A stretch of 64,000 bases of DNA, taken from positions 108,316,001 through 108,380,000 of the forward strand of contig NC_045697.1 in NCBI RefSeq assembly GCF_009834535.1, read 5' to 3'. Below are positions 25,629 through 37,760 of the stretch, piece after piece (position 1 is the stretch's first letter; each line of letters starts with the position of its first letter). The position numbers were made by a program, and so were the translations under genes. The notes below the pieces were generated by a model. That model had not been told where the DNA came from, made no database searches, and saw nothing but the letters and a program-made list of their open reading frames with translations. The DNA comes from Camelus ferus (lineage: Eukaryota).

Positions 25629-26736
25629 TATGATGACTTTAAAATATGGCCATGAATTCTTTGTTCTCTCTCTCTCTTCAAAAGGTGGAATCTAATTTCC
25701 CTGTCCTTAACCGTAGGCTATATTTAGTGATGTAATTCTACAAATGGAATGTGGAGGAAGTGATGGTATAAGACATTTGAGATTAAGACATAAAAGGCAT
25801 GGTGTTTGGTGCAGACATTATGGAAAATAGTGTGGAGATTCCTCAAAAAACTAAAAATAGACTTACCATATGATCCAGCAATCTCACTCCTGGGCATATA
25901 TAAGGAGGGAACTCTAATTCAAAAAGATACATGCACCCCAATGTTCATAGCAGCACTATATACAATAGCCAAGACATAGAAACAGCCTAGATGTCCATTG
26001 ACAGATGACTGGATAAAGATAAACCACAACTTCTTAGTTGTGGTATATATTTATACAATGAACTCAGCGATAAAAAAAAAAAAAAGAATAAAATAATGCC
26101 ATTTGCAGCAAAATGGATGGACCTAGAGATCGTCATTCTAAGTGAAGTAAGCCAGAAAAAGAAAGAAAAACACCATATGATATCACTCATATGTAGAATC
26201 TTAAAAAAAAGGAAAAAGAGGCCACTAATGGACTCACCTACAAAACAATAACAGACTCATAGATGTAGTAAACAATCTTATGGTTACCAGGTGAAAGGGA
26301 GTGGGAAGGGATAAATTTGGAGTTTGAGATTTGCAAATGATAACCACTATATATTAAAATAGATTTTAAATTTTTCTTCTGTTAAAAAAAAAAAAAAGCA
26401 TGGTGGCTTTCTCTTGGTTCTTGCTCTGGGAGCATGCCCTCAAAAGGAAGCCAGCTAGCCCGCTAGGAGGATGCTCCAGCAGCCTGCCGGGAAGCCCACG
26501 TAGCGAGGAACTGAGGCCGCCCGCCTACAGCCATGTGAGGGAGTCATCTTGCAACAGGATCCTCCAGACCCAGCCTACATCTTGGCCACAACCTCATAGG
26601 AAACTGTAAGTCAGAACCACCCGGCTAAGCTGCTCCCACATTCCTGACTCACAGGAACTATGAGATAACAAATGTTGGCTGTTTTAAGTCACTAAGTATG
26701 GGGTAATTTGTTCGGCAGCCACAGATAACTAACGCA
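25629..26736 (+). mobile_element. MaLR solo LTR (MLT1F-like), split by an L1 insertion
   Basis: aaaatatggccatgaattctttg...aggtggaatctaatttccct and gaggaactgaggcc...cagaaccacccggctaagctgctcccacattcctgac...gataactaacgca. Confidence 0.85.
25805..26397 (+). mobile_element. 5'-truncated young L1 (ORF2 C-terminus and part of 3' UTR) with poly(A) and TSD
   Basis: gattcctcaaaaaactaaaaatagacttaccatatgatccagcaat...; poly(A) 26384-26397; TSD gcatggtg (25797-25804 and 26398-26405). Confidence 0.92.
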
Positions 26737-27744
26737 CCGTGAATATCAGACATTGCTGAAACCTGAAGTAGAGGACTCACAGATCCTACTCTGGGTGTTC
26801 ACGTGTGAGCTGGCTGACAGGACCATATTCTGATACAAGCTCACCCTGCACTTACACAAAAGGACTGGGCTGGGGTCACACAAGTCTTTTCTTTAAAAAA
26901 AAAAATTGCTTCATGGCAATAAGTCTACAGTGCAGTCACATGGTAACTTTTAAAAGATGTTCTGTTAGGATTCCTCTCCCTAAGACTCTGCTTTAATAAT
27001 TCTGGGGGTGACCTGGGCTTTGGGAGGCTTCAGATCTCTCAGGTGCGCACTATGCGGCCAAGGTAAGCACCTCAGGTGTGTTGTGAACTGTTCCGCCAGC
27101 GCCCCACCCCCTCTGACTGGCAACCCCCATCATCCAAATTCAAGCATTTCATCTCTCACGTGGGCTTGTTTTCCCCTGCCAGCGTCCGGACAGAGTTTGA
27201 TGAGTTCTTCTTTGAAAGGTGTGCCCAGGACATTCAAGAACTAACTATTCATGTTTTTGTAATGGGATTTTTTTTTTCAATAAAGTCAGAGCAGAGGCAA
27301 TAAAGAAAATATGGTAGGAGAGATCAGACTGAGAGACCCTTGTTCCTGTTAGCACCGGGCATTTTTCAGTGTCAGATGAATCAATAATCCACGGATACTC
27401 AGTATGCAGAATGAGACGCAGGCGCTCAGGTGACAGACGCCTGAGATTATGAGACAAGAAGAGGAGGAATCTTGCTTCTCAGTAGCAGAAGCATAATCCC
27501 CACCGAGGGGCCAGTACGTGTTCCCCCCAACCAACCCCTCTCCCAGGGAGATATTGAATTTGGAGACTCTCTTTCCCCCTACTCAGTAAGTAAAGCTGCA
27601 GGTGTCCATATCTCAGCATCAGCGAAGAGACCCAGGGATCCAGAAGGACAAATTTCTGCTCTCAGCGATCCCTGATAGATCTCTTAAATCAACTCTAATC
27701 AAACAGGCTTATTTGAAAATGGCAAGGCAGGGGAGTGCTGTGGG

Positions 27745-27897
27745 TGAGGGCTCAGGCTCTGGCATCCAAATCTTTTTCAAATTCCTGTTTTTTTAAGTCC
27801 TGTTGACCTCAACTCTGCCTCAGTTTCCTCATCTGTACAACGGGGGTAAAAGTGGCGTCTACCTCAGAGGCTAGGTACAAGGATTAAAGGAGATCAT
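27745..27897 (+). mobile_element. MIR fragment
   Basis: ctctgcctcagtttcctcatctgtacaacgggg...tacctcagagg...aggattaaaggagatc. Confidence 0.8.
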
Positions 27898-28619
27898 TTT
27901 TCCCACTGGGAGCAGCAGGTGACAATTTGGGGCCCAGGTGATGACCAGGTCCACCTTGTCCACCTGAGTCCTTGTTGGAGAACCATGGCTAACACTTAGG
28001 GAGAAGAGCTTCGGATCATGAGACTCACACTTGCCTGATCATTATAAGTTAACCATTTACTGATCATTATAAGGTAAGTCAGCCATGTCTACTTCTTAAA
28101 TCCAGTTGGAGATTTCCTCATGTTGCGTGGTGAAGGTCAGTAACCACAGAGCGGACTTTGGGGTGTGCTTCCCCCCAGTTCTGACCTCTGACTGAGCCCA
28201 TGCTCACCAACTCTCACTGCTGCCAACGTGCCCAGGCTCTGCCCTCTGTTCTGACTCTTTCAGAAAACGTTTTTTAACCACTGACTCTCTGCCACGTGAC
28301 ATGAGCTTTTTAAACTATCTCCAGGAGACCCTATGTTCAGGTGGGAACATCCAGGCTTTGTGCAGAGCCACCAAGAATGCAGTTTACCCCAAGGAGGGAA
28401 GCCAGTGCCAGTGTCCCTGTAACATCTCCTCCTTCACTGTCAAAGGGCTCCTTGGTTCCAGGAGGGCAGTCCCACTCCAAGGACTATGGGTACCGTTCCA
28501 GAGCAGACCAGCAGGTGCCACCACAGTGAGTGCCATGTAGGAAGACCAGGGCTGAGTGGGAGGAAGTGGGAGGAGGGGGAGAAAGAAGAGGAGGAGCAAC
28601 AATTGCCAAGAGACGGTTG

Positions 28620-29450
28620 TTCAATCCAATAAAGTAATGATCTGCGTGAACTCTAATTATTGCATTTGCAAAACAATACTTGTGTAATTTGTGGACATCC
28701 CCCTCCTAAACAGCACAGAAGATTCATTTCATGAAAATCTTTTGTGTTTTCTTTAGAAGATTTGGACAAAAAACAATGCATCTTTAACTCTGAAAGCAGA
28801 ATAATGGGTCCTTGAAAGATTTATCTGAAATCCAGTGCCATTGTCATTCTATATTGATTATCTCTGCTGTTCATTATCATCCTCAGCCCATCATTTATAT
28901 GCAGATGACACTATCATTTATGGTAGGAGATTATGCTGGGAGAAAGCTTAATATTATCTTCAAGCTGATTTAAATGAGCTTTAAGATCATCTGGCACAGT
29001 CTAAATTACTCTTAAATATTAATGAAGCCAAGATCATGTTATTTGGCTCAAAACAAAAAGTTGGGAGGACTGAAAAACTGGTGTGCCGCATGACCTTGGA
29101 AAGAGTAGCCGAATGTTAAATATTCAAGGTTTGGAGATGCAACCTGCCTTCACCTGTGACTGATAAGATAACTGATCAGCAGGGAAAGACAGAAATAGCC
29201 CAACCCTTTATTCTGTTACATATAATTCTTTTATTTAAAAAAAAGATTGTTTTCTATCTTTCCAGCATTGCAATTATGTGCCTTGGGTTCGGTTGGTTTT
29301 ATTTATCTGAATGCAGCTCAACATTTGTTAGCCAAGTTAAAGATGCTTTATCCTCTCTATCTGGACAGATTTGCCTTGAATTATACATCTCATAAACATT
29401 ACCATCTGTCGTCTTTTAAACAATTGGCTAAAAATTAGAAGACTCTCAAC
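28620..29450 (+). mobile_element. Very ancient non-LTR retrotransposon RT relic (L2/CR1 group)
   Basis: One frame from 28808 reads VLERFI*NPVPLSFYIDYL...HLYADDTIIY...LQADLNEL*DHLAQSKLLLNINEAKIMLFGSK (YADD at 28898-28909); downstream IYLNAAQHLLAKL...RFALN...H. Confidence 0.8.
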
Positions 29451-30659
29451 ATTTTGTTGGCATAATAGCTTCCCTCACACTCTATTCCTCAACATCAAAC
29501 CACTTAACTCTTCTTTCTCAGTCATCCATGTTTCTCAGCAAAATTTAGCGAATAGAGAGAAAGGATAGCTGACAGAAGCAATCCTCTGACAGCCCGTGGT
29601 AGTCCGATTCTGGGTGTGTGAGCATGCACAGATGTGCACCCACATTTGTACCTAAGGGGGAAAATGTCTTAAATTATATAGATGACATTTCTGGACCCCT
29701 TTTACTCTTTAATGTCTCACTAAATGGAATGGAAATCCCTCAGCTCCCAACTCAAGGTATGACAGGACTCGGGGGATAACAGATTGGAAGCAAGAATGGA
29801 GCCACATCCTTGGCTGGTTTCCCCGGAGAGGATGTGGATGAGCCCCGGGTCTGGCGGGCAGAGACGGCTCAGCCCCCAACCGGTAATGGAGTAGAATCAT
29901 CTTCAAGACGACAATGATGAGAGAGTACTTGGGGCAGACACCGTCTTTGTTGTTGTTACGGCTGATGGTTTTCTTTTTCTACCACCTGCCAGACTCTTAA
30001 AAAAATCCATCCCGCTTTATAACTGAGAGACATCTCTGTGGCCTCATTATATCCACTAGTAGCCACGGCTGCCTTTTGGGACTAGAGATGTCCTTCCCCG
30101 GGGGCCTCCTGAGGATGTGTGTGTATGCAAGTCTCAGACCACATGCTTACCCTAGACCCTGCCTCTCACTTGCCAGTTTCCCTCCATCTCTGATCTTCCA
30201 AGAGAAGGAAGTTGAATCAGAGAAGGGTGGAGTGTGTGGAGTGGTGGGTGAATAGACGAACAGTTAGTGACAACACGAAGCAAGAAATTAGGGATGTGTT
30301 TTGCTGCTGGCTCAACAGACCTCCTCTCTATCTCTTTAAAGAAAAAAAGAAAGTGAGAAGAAGCAGAACTTGAGAAAGCCACAGAGATGATACAGTCATT
30401 TCTCTGAAGAACTTTGCACGTCCCAGAGAAGCGGGGAACACCCACTCACCTACTGGCAGAGCTTTGCTAGACCATGCTTATGTTAAAGCACTATTTTTAA
30501 TCTTATTTTTCAAGGCTCATTTGGAAAGTTATCTTTTCTATGACACTTTCTTTAACTCTCCTGGGAAGACATAACCACGCCCTCCTCTGTGCTCCCATAG
30601 CCCTTCCATCACACCTCAATTAGAGCCCTTTATTGCCTGTGTGTGTTAGAATTGCGTTC

Positions 30660-31158
30660 ATGGTGGAATCTCCCCTGAGCCAGTACTGATTCAACCTCCA
30701 GACCTGGAGGTTATCTACCGACAGCACTTTCTACCCCTGCTTAGTATCAGCAGCCCAGCTGTGTGCCTCAGGGGGTGAACCTTGCTGTCTCTATCCAGTG
30801 ATGGCCACTGGGTCCTGTATCCAGTGTAGAACCAACATGAAAGGTAAATCTCAATGAGACCGGAGGGGAAATGCTGGGGCAGGGGTAGTGGGGGCTTCTT
30901 AGCAAGAGAAACAGAGGAAGAACACTCTCAAACAGATGCTGTTGTGGGCAGGGATGTGGCAGCCATCTTGTGACCATGAGGGAGAAAACAGAGCACAAAG
31001 TCAACATGCTGAGGAAGGCACAAAGGAAAGATGGAAAGAATCTGAATCCTTGATGACATTTGTATTGCCTCAACCCAAAGACCACCACATCTTTAGACTT
31101 CTTGTCGATTCTGAGCTGTGCCTTGTGTGATTTACAGCCAAAAGCATCCTAGTTGATT
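30660..31158 (+). mobile_element. MaLR solo LTR (MLT1J/K-like)
   Basis: gtggcagccatcttgtgaccatgaggg...gtcaacatgctgaggaaggcac...gaaagatggaaagaatctgaatccttgatgacatt. Confidence 0.8.
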
Positions 31159-31170
31159 TGTCCTCTAAAC

Positions 31171-31386
31171 CAACACTGTCCAATACAGCAGCTGCTCACC
31201 ACGTGTGGCCACTTAAATTTTAATTTTAATTAATTAAAACTGAACAAAATTTAAAATTCAGTGCCCCAGTGGCCCTAGCTATCTATCAAGTGCTCAATAG
31301 CCACGTGTGGCTGGTGGTTACCATATTAGATAGTGCAGAATGAGGGAACATTTCCACACCTCACAAAGGTGCACTGAGCAACACTG
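31171..31386. mobile_element. MER33/MER3-type hAT-Charlie DNA transposon
   Basis: ctgtccaata...aaaattcagt...tcaagtgctcaatagccacgtgtggctggtggttaccatatt; flanks ctctaaac and ctctgaat resemble a decayed 8-bp hAT TSD. Confidence 0.88.
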
Positions 31387-31569
31387 CTCTGAATGGCAAA
31401 CTCCTTGAAGGCAGAAACCAGATTGTATTGCTGCCATTCCTAGTTCCTGATGGATCAACATGCCAAATAAATGAAATTACTGAGTAAAGGAGAGAATGGT
31501 CTAAGTATCATCTATTTTGAAGGAACTGGTTGTACTGGGTTCTGACTGATTTTTGCCCCAGTGATTCTT

Positions 31570-32164
31570 TTTTTTTTTTCTTTTTTTCTTTTCTTTTCTT
31601 TTTATTGAAGTATAGTTGATTTACAATGTTAGTTTCAGGTGTACAGCAAAGTGATTCAATTATACATATACATACATATATATACACATATATTTTCAGA
31701 TTTTTTTCCATTATATCCCATCACAAGAAATTGAATATTGTTTCCTGTGCTATACAGTAGGTCCTTGTTGTTTATCTATTTGATATATAGTAATGTGTAT
31801 CTGTTAATCCCAAACTCCTAATTAATCCCTCCCCTCACCCTTTTCCCCTTTGGTAACCATAGTTTGTTTTCTATGTCCATCAGTCCATTTCTAGTTTGTA
31901 AATAAAATTTGTATCTTTTTTTTAAGGTTCCAAATGTAAGTGATATCATATGATATTTAACTTTCTCTGCCTGACTTAACTTCACTTAATAAAATCATTT
32001 CAAAGTTCATCCATGTTGCTACAAAGAGCATTATTTCATCCTTTTTATGGCTCAGTAATACTCCATTGTATAAATATACCACAACTTCTTTATCCAGTCA
32101 TCTGTCAATGGGCATTTAGGTTGTTTACATGTCTTGGCTATTGTAAATAGTGCTGCTATGAACA
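31570..32164 (-). mobile_element. 5'-truncated young L1 3' end with TSD
   Basis: T-rich tail then tttattgaagtatagttgatttacaatgttagtttcaggtgtacagcaaagtgattc...; TSD cagtgattctt (31559-31569 and 32172-32182). Confidence 0.93.
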
Positions 32165-32789
32165 TTTACCTCAGTGATTCTTGAATTCACGCAAGTGACA
32201 ACATCTGGGGTCACAGTCAACATCCCTACCCCTACTTACCCCAGGAACCAGGTCCCTCTGCTTTTTTCACTCCAGGAATCTGATTTTCTCCAGCTGCACT
32301 TACATCCTCTCAAGCCCTCATGACCTTCTGCCTCTGAAACATGCAGCGGCAAATAAAATAGTCATTGGGTCCAGGTTTGTTCCACTTTTCAAGGCAGTGT
32401 AGACACTAAGAAGTGTGCCGGTGTAGACAGAAGCTGCTCACACACTGGCCAGACTGGACAACAGCCCAACTGAGACTATCAAGAATCAGAGGCTCCAGAT
32501 AAAGCCCAGGTGAAGATCAAGGTCACACATAACCCAGAACCATCTACAGAAGCATCCTGCTGCTCCTTTAGAGTCCCTCAATGGTCCCTGGTGCCATGGC
32601 CTCTCCTTCAGACTCCCACACCAGGAAGGGGCTCTGCCCTTCTCCCTGGGAGAAGTCCACCTTCTCTTGCTTGAATGACCCTGGGAAGAGTCTCACCCGA
32701 GCCTGATGGGCCATCAGTAGTTTCTCCTGCCCTCTCCACACTCCCAAGTCTTCCCATCCTCATGAGGGGCTATAACTCTGCACCATGTT

Positions 32790-33575
32790 CCAGTGTGTGT
32801 GTTTTTAACACACTAAGTAATGCTCAGGACACAGTTAGGTGTCCTTTATAATTCAACTCAATGGTGACACCATCTACCCAGAGATGGCATCAGAGCCCAC
32901 AGGTTAAGGGCTCGGTCCTGCAACCTGCCTCTCTCCCACTTCAGACACCAATCCCAAGTCCAGGTTGTCCCTTGTGTTTCTGACTGGTCAGCCACAGACC
33001 AGAGGTTCCAATGACTCCCTCTTTGGCTTTGACTAATTTGCTAGAGCCGCTCATAGAACTCCAAGAAACATTTTACTTACTCAGTCACTGGTTTATTATG
33101 AAAGGATATCACTCAGGAACAGACAGATGGAAGAGAGCCTTAGGATGCGGTATGGGAAAGGGTAAGGAATCTCTGTGCCATCTCAAGGGGTGCCACTCTC
33201 CCTGAATTCCCATGTGTTCATCAACCCAGAAGCTCTCAGATCCCATACTTCTGGGTTTGTATGGAGTCTTCAGTACATAGTCATGATTGATTGAATCATT
33301 GTCCTTTGGTGACTGATTCGATCTCCAGCCCCACTTTCTTCCTCAAAGGTCCAGGAGGGACTGAAAGGTCCAAACCTCTAATTACGCAGTTGGGTACCTT
33401 GGCATCCAGCTCCCATTCTTAGGTTACCTGGGTGCTTTCCAAAATTCATTAACATAACAAAAGGCATCTTAATTACTTTCCTCGCTTAAGAAATTCCAAC
33501 GGTTTTAGGAGCTTTGTGCCAGAAATGGGAACAAAGATCAAATCCATATATCTTATCATAAATCACAATATCACG
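32790..33575 (-). mobile_element. MER21-type ERVL solo LTR
   Basis: ends gaaattccaacggttttaggagctttgtgccagaaatgggaacaaagatc...atcacaatatcac (antisense MER21 start); internal cccacaggttaagggctc and taatttgctagagccgctcatagaactc. Confidence 0.85.
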
Positions 33576-34080
33576 GGTGCGTAAGCACTTTAAATAGTAA
33601 CATTTTAAAGCTTTGGCTCCTGTAGTTGCTTAAAAGTCTTGGGTCACAGAGTTGCTCATCGGAGGAGGCTGAAAAATGAAGCCCTTTGGGTTTGTCCCAG
33701 CTCTTTCAGACAGCTCCTCACCACACCCACCCCAACACAACTGCTTTTTAAAAAAAATCCTAACCCTTTATATCAACTCTCCCATCCCTTGCTTACACAC
33801 TCACCTCACAGGCACATAAATGGCTATCTATAGGCCGAGCATTGCTCCGTAGATGGTGTTTTAGATTTTAAGCAATTTAAACCACTTGGAGAAGGATGCT
33901 GGGGTGCTATTAGAATCTAGGGGGTACCCAGAGATAGATGATCTGCTTTTCTTTCTGGGGTGCCAAGGAGGTGCTCCCTGCCAAGCTGTGTTGGGCAGAA
34001 AAGAACAGGATGGGAGATGGGACTGTATTTGCTCAGGGGCCCTACTATGTTGACCTGTAGGATTGAAGGGGCATTTTATT

Positions 34081-34748
34081 TATTTATTTATTTATCTGAA
34101 ACACAGTCAGTTTTACAATGTTGGGTCAACTTCTGGTGTACAGCATAAGTTTCAGTCATATATGCACATACATATTTTCCTTTCATATTCTTTTTCATTA
34201 TAGGTTACTGTAAGATTTTGAACATAGTTCCTTGTGCTGTACAGATGAAACTTATTGTTTATTTTATATATAATAGGTAGTATCTGCAAATCTCAAACTC
34301 CCAATTTATCCCTTCCCACCTCCTTTTTCCCCTGGTAACCACAAGTCTCTTTACTATGTCTGTGAGTCTGATTCTGTTTTGTAAATAAGTTTATTTGTGT
34401 CCTTTTTTTTTAGATACCGCATAAGAGTGATATCTTATGGTATTTTTCGTTCTCTTTCTGGCTTACTTCATTTAGAATGATGATCTTCAGGTCCATCCAT
34501 GTTGCTGCAAATGACATTATTTTGTTCTTTCTATGGCTGAGTAGTATTCCATTGTATAAATATACCACTAATTTATCCAGTCATCTGCTGTTGGACGTTC
34601 GGGTTGTTTCCATGTCTTAGCTATTGTAAATAGTGCTGCTATGAACACTAGGGTGCATATATCTTTTCGAATTAGAGTTTCCTAAGAATATATGCCCAGG
34701 AATGGATTGCTGGATCATATGGTAAGTCTATTTTTAGCTTTTTGAGGA
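34081..34748 (-). mobile_element. 5'-truncated young L1 3' end with TSD
   Basis: (ttta)n tail, cagtcagttttacaatg...ctggtgtacagcat...tgctggatcatatggtaagtctattttt; 17-bp TSD tgaagg(g/a)gcattttatt (34064-34080 and 34749-34765). Confidence 0.93.
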
Positions 34749-35089
34749 TGAAGGAGCATTTTATTAAGCAATGTTCATATGCTTAGCTTCAATCAGTGCC
34801 TTCACAGTGCACCGACTTCATGGGCTTGAGCTCATGAGTATGAGCTTTGAACCACAACGGGTTACGTGTGAAGGAGAAAGATTTAAATTCAGCCAAGCAG
34901 GGGTGAAATGCCCTACATGCAAAGACGAATAAAGAGAACTGAGGCTGGGTCCCATTTTCACTTCAGGCGTTGTGCTCTCCAGAATCTGACCAAACCCGGG
35001 GGGCAGGGCAGGCAGAAGTCTAATGGGTTCTACTTGGAGGAAGTGCCTCTCCAGCCTCCCTAAGGCACCAGGAAGTGGTTGCAAGCTGT

Positions 35090-35312
35090 AACTTCAGAGT
35101 TAGGAAAGTTGTGGTTCACACCAGCCCCCTTCACTTCTTAGCTGTCTTAGGGCATGCTTCTTAGTCCCTCTAGTGTCAGTTTCCTCACTTCTTAAAATTG
35201 AGATTATTATAATAATAGACTCTTTCACTAAAAGCTTCTGGGAAGATTGGAAGAGACTGCGTATAGAGTAATTTGCACAGTTCCTGGCACTATCCTAAGG
35301 GTTCAATAAGTA
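35090..35312 (+). mobile_element. MIR SINE
   Basis: cacttcttagctgt...tcagtttcctcact...gcacagttcctggcac...ttcaataag. Confidence 0.7.
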
Positions 35313-35321
35313 AAAGGTGAA

Positions 35322-35925
35322 ATTTTTTCAAAAGGTAAGTCATATTATATCATTTGTCTGTTCAAAATCTGGCCATGACTCGCGGTTTCACTCAGAGTAA
35401 ATCCCAAAGGTCTTACAATGCCTAACACCCATGTGACCTGGGACCCCATGACCTGAGACCCCTCCCACCCCTTCTTGATTGCTCTCCCCTCACTCACTCT
35501 GTTGCAGCCACAGTGGCTTCCTTGCTACCAATGAATGCCTCAGGGCCTTTGCACTGGCCACTCTCGACCATCTGCCTGGAACACTACCCCCCAGTATCTG
35601 CATGGATCCTCCCCACCGACTTCCCTTAAGTCTTCACTCAAATGTCACCTTCCCTGAACACCCTCTCTAGGAGCCTAGCTTGCACGGCTCCCTGGCGTGC
35701 TCTAGCACCCTGACCTGCCCCCTCCATTCTCAACAGCACCTACCATCTTTCCCACGTACTAATCGACTTGTTAATTTATTATGTTTAGCATCTGTCTCCC
35801 CCCCAACTGGAGTGGAAACCCCATGAGGACGGAGATTTTTGTCTGTTTTATCTACTAATATACCCCAGGGCCTAGAACTCGTGGTACCCAACACAGTGGT
35901 GATGCTGAATAAGTATTCGCTTATG
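35322..35925 (+). mobile_element. L2 (L2a-like) 3' region
   Basis: tttcactcagagtaaatcccaaaggtcttacaatg; cctcagggcctttgcactgg; ctcaaatgtcacctt; ccccagggcctagaac. Confidence 0.85.
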
Positions 35926-36749
35926 GGAAAAATGTTATTTGTTACAGTTATGAATAAAGTCACATAACCTCAAAGGGCCTTGTTCTGTCTTTGTAAGTGT
36001 CCCTCCATCCTTTCTACACTTTCTAACCTATTTTGATCTTTTTTTTTCCTTTAAACTGGAGGAATGTGGTTTGTTTATTATTCCAGGGACTTGGTAAATA
36101 GTTTTTAATAACATAGTGTTTGTACACCATACCTTCCAGGTCATCAGAAGTTCGAGGCTCTGTTCAGTGGTTTCCTGGGAGCCTGGACTGAAGTCTGGGG
36201 ACAATTTTCTATGGCAGGGTCTTCCAGAGTGTCAAGGTCACGGGCCAGAGTTAGACAGGCAAGAACTGGGTTGTCATGTCCAAGAGAACCAGAAGAGAAG
36301 GCCTACAAAGAGGCAGGGCTAAAAGATCGGGAGCCATGGAGACCTGGAGGTCAGGGAGCTGGAGGGTGGGGAGCAGCAGCTGGAGGCAGGTGAAGCCGGG
36401 AGGGTCCCGGGGTTCCAGGACCGCGGGAAGGAGCATGGCCTGAGAGCGAAGTCCGTGGTCAAGCTGAACAGATTAGTTAGGTTCCAAAGAAATATCTGAG
36501 TGCAGCGTTCATTTGCCTTGGAATCCATCCAAAGAGGGCGAAGTGCCTGCCAAATGGACCCAATAATGAGGCTGGTTTTTTTAATCAGTAATGTAGCTGG
36601 GGGTGGAGGGGAGGGCAGGAGCACGAGGCCCTTGGTGGGGTTCACTGTCATCTGGAAACAACTAGCGCATCTCTCGTGGATTGAAAGGACCAGATGGAGC
36701 GCGGCCAGGGTGGCTGCAGCCCAGAGCTTTGAAGTCGAGCGTCCTTAGG

Positions 36750-36850
36750 ATTTCTCCTTCTTTCTTTTCTTTTCTTTCCTTCCGTCCTTCCCTCCCTCCT
36801 TCCTTCCTTCTTTCTTTTTTATTTTTTTTCACTTTTTCATTTTTTGTTCA
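36750..36850. repeat. CT-rich low-complexity tract
   Basis: tttctccttctttcttttcttttctttccttccgtccttccctccctccttccttcc. Confidence 0.85.
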
Positions 36851-37214
36851 TATGTGTGTGTTCGTGAGGGTTTTGTAGGTTTTTTTCTTGGTGTGTTTTC
36901 TTTTTGATTTCCCTTATTTTTGAAGTCATTTCCCTTTGAAAATCTCAGCTTGTCTGGCTTGAGCCAAAGCACACGAGGGAAAGGGATGTGGCTTCGGCAG
37001 TGTTGGACCGGAGAGACAGTGGTCCTCTGGGCTGGGAGTGGTGATGCCAGGGCCTCCCTCAGGGAGTCAGCCTCCAAGGGTGAGAAATACTAGGCTCGCT
37101 CACTCAGCAATTTTCTGCCACCACGAGAGCCTTCTCCAGGGCCTCCTTGTGCCCAAACCTCAGAGGGCTTCTGTGTCCTTCCAAAAGCTGCAGCCAATTC
37201 CCTGGACCAAGTCC

Positions 37215-37760
37215 TGTTTTAAAATGTAGGGTTTTTTAATTATTCAAGCATCGTGGGACCAACATATCAAGAAACAACTGCCATTGAAAAAAAAAAGTTT
37301 GTTAAACTCAGAGATCCCAAGAGGAGGGGGAGAACCATGTCAAGGGGGCCACACGGGGAAGCAGCAGGATGTCCAGGCAGGAGGAAGGAGGGACTCTGGG
37401 GCTGCAACCTTTACTGTGGCTTCCACAGGAAGAATGGGAGAGGAAGGGAATCCAGCTTAAGATCGGCTGTTGGAACCATATCAGCAAGATCTGGGGCACA
37501 GGAGTGTCCCTGGTTGCCTGGGACCTGGCCATGGGATAGTAAGACATGTGTATAGTGGCCCAGAGTGTAAGAGTCAGATCTAGCAGGTGGCTGGTCTGCG
37601 GGCTCTGGACTGGGTGGTTTACAAGGCACATTGTAAGACAGGTGAGTTTCCTGCTATCCCTAGGAATCAGCTTGCCCCGGGAGAGGCAGTCTCTCTGGGT
37701 CATCAAGGCCCCAAACATCAAAGCATCAAAAGTACAGAATAAAAAGACATGACAAATACA
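37215..37760 (-). mobile_element. ERVL solo LTR (MER74/MER73-like)
   Basis: ends caaggccccaaacatcaaagcatcaaaagtacagaataaaaagacatgacaaataca; TG...CA ends with gtcc on both flanks. Confidence 0.7.

Larger units (their letters stand above)
30505..31480 (+). mobile_element. L2 3' end split by MLT1 and MER33 insertions
   Basis: ccctcctctgtgctcccatagcccttc (~30580) resumes as aaactccttgaaggcagaaacca...aataaatgaa (31398-31476). Confidence 0.65.
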
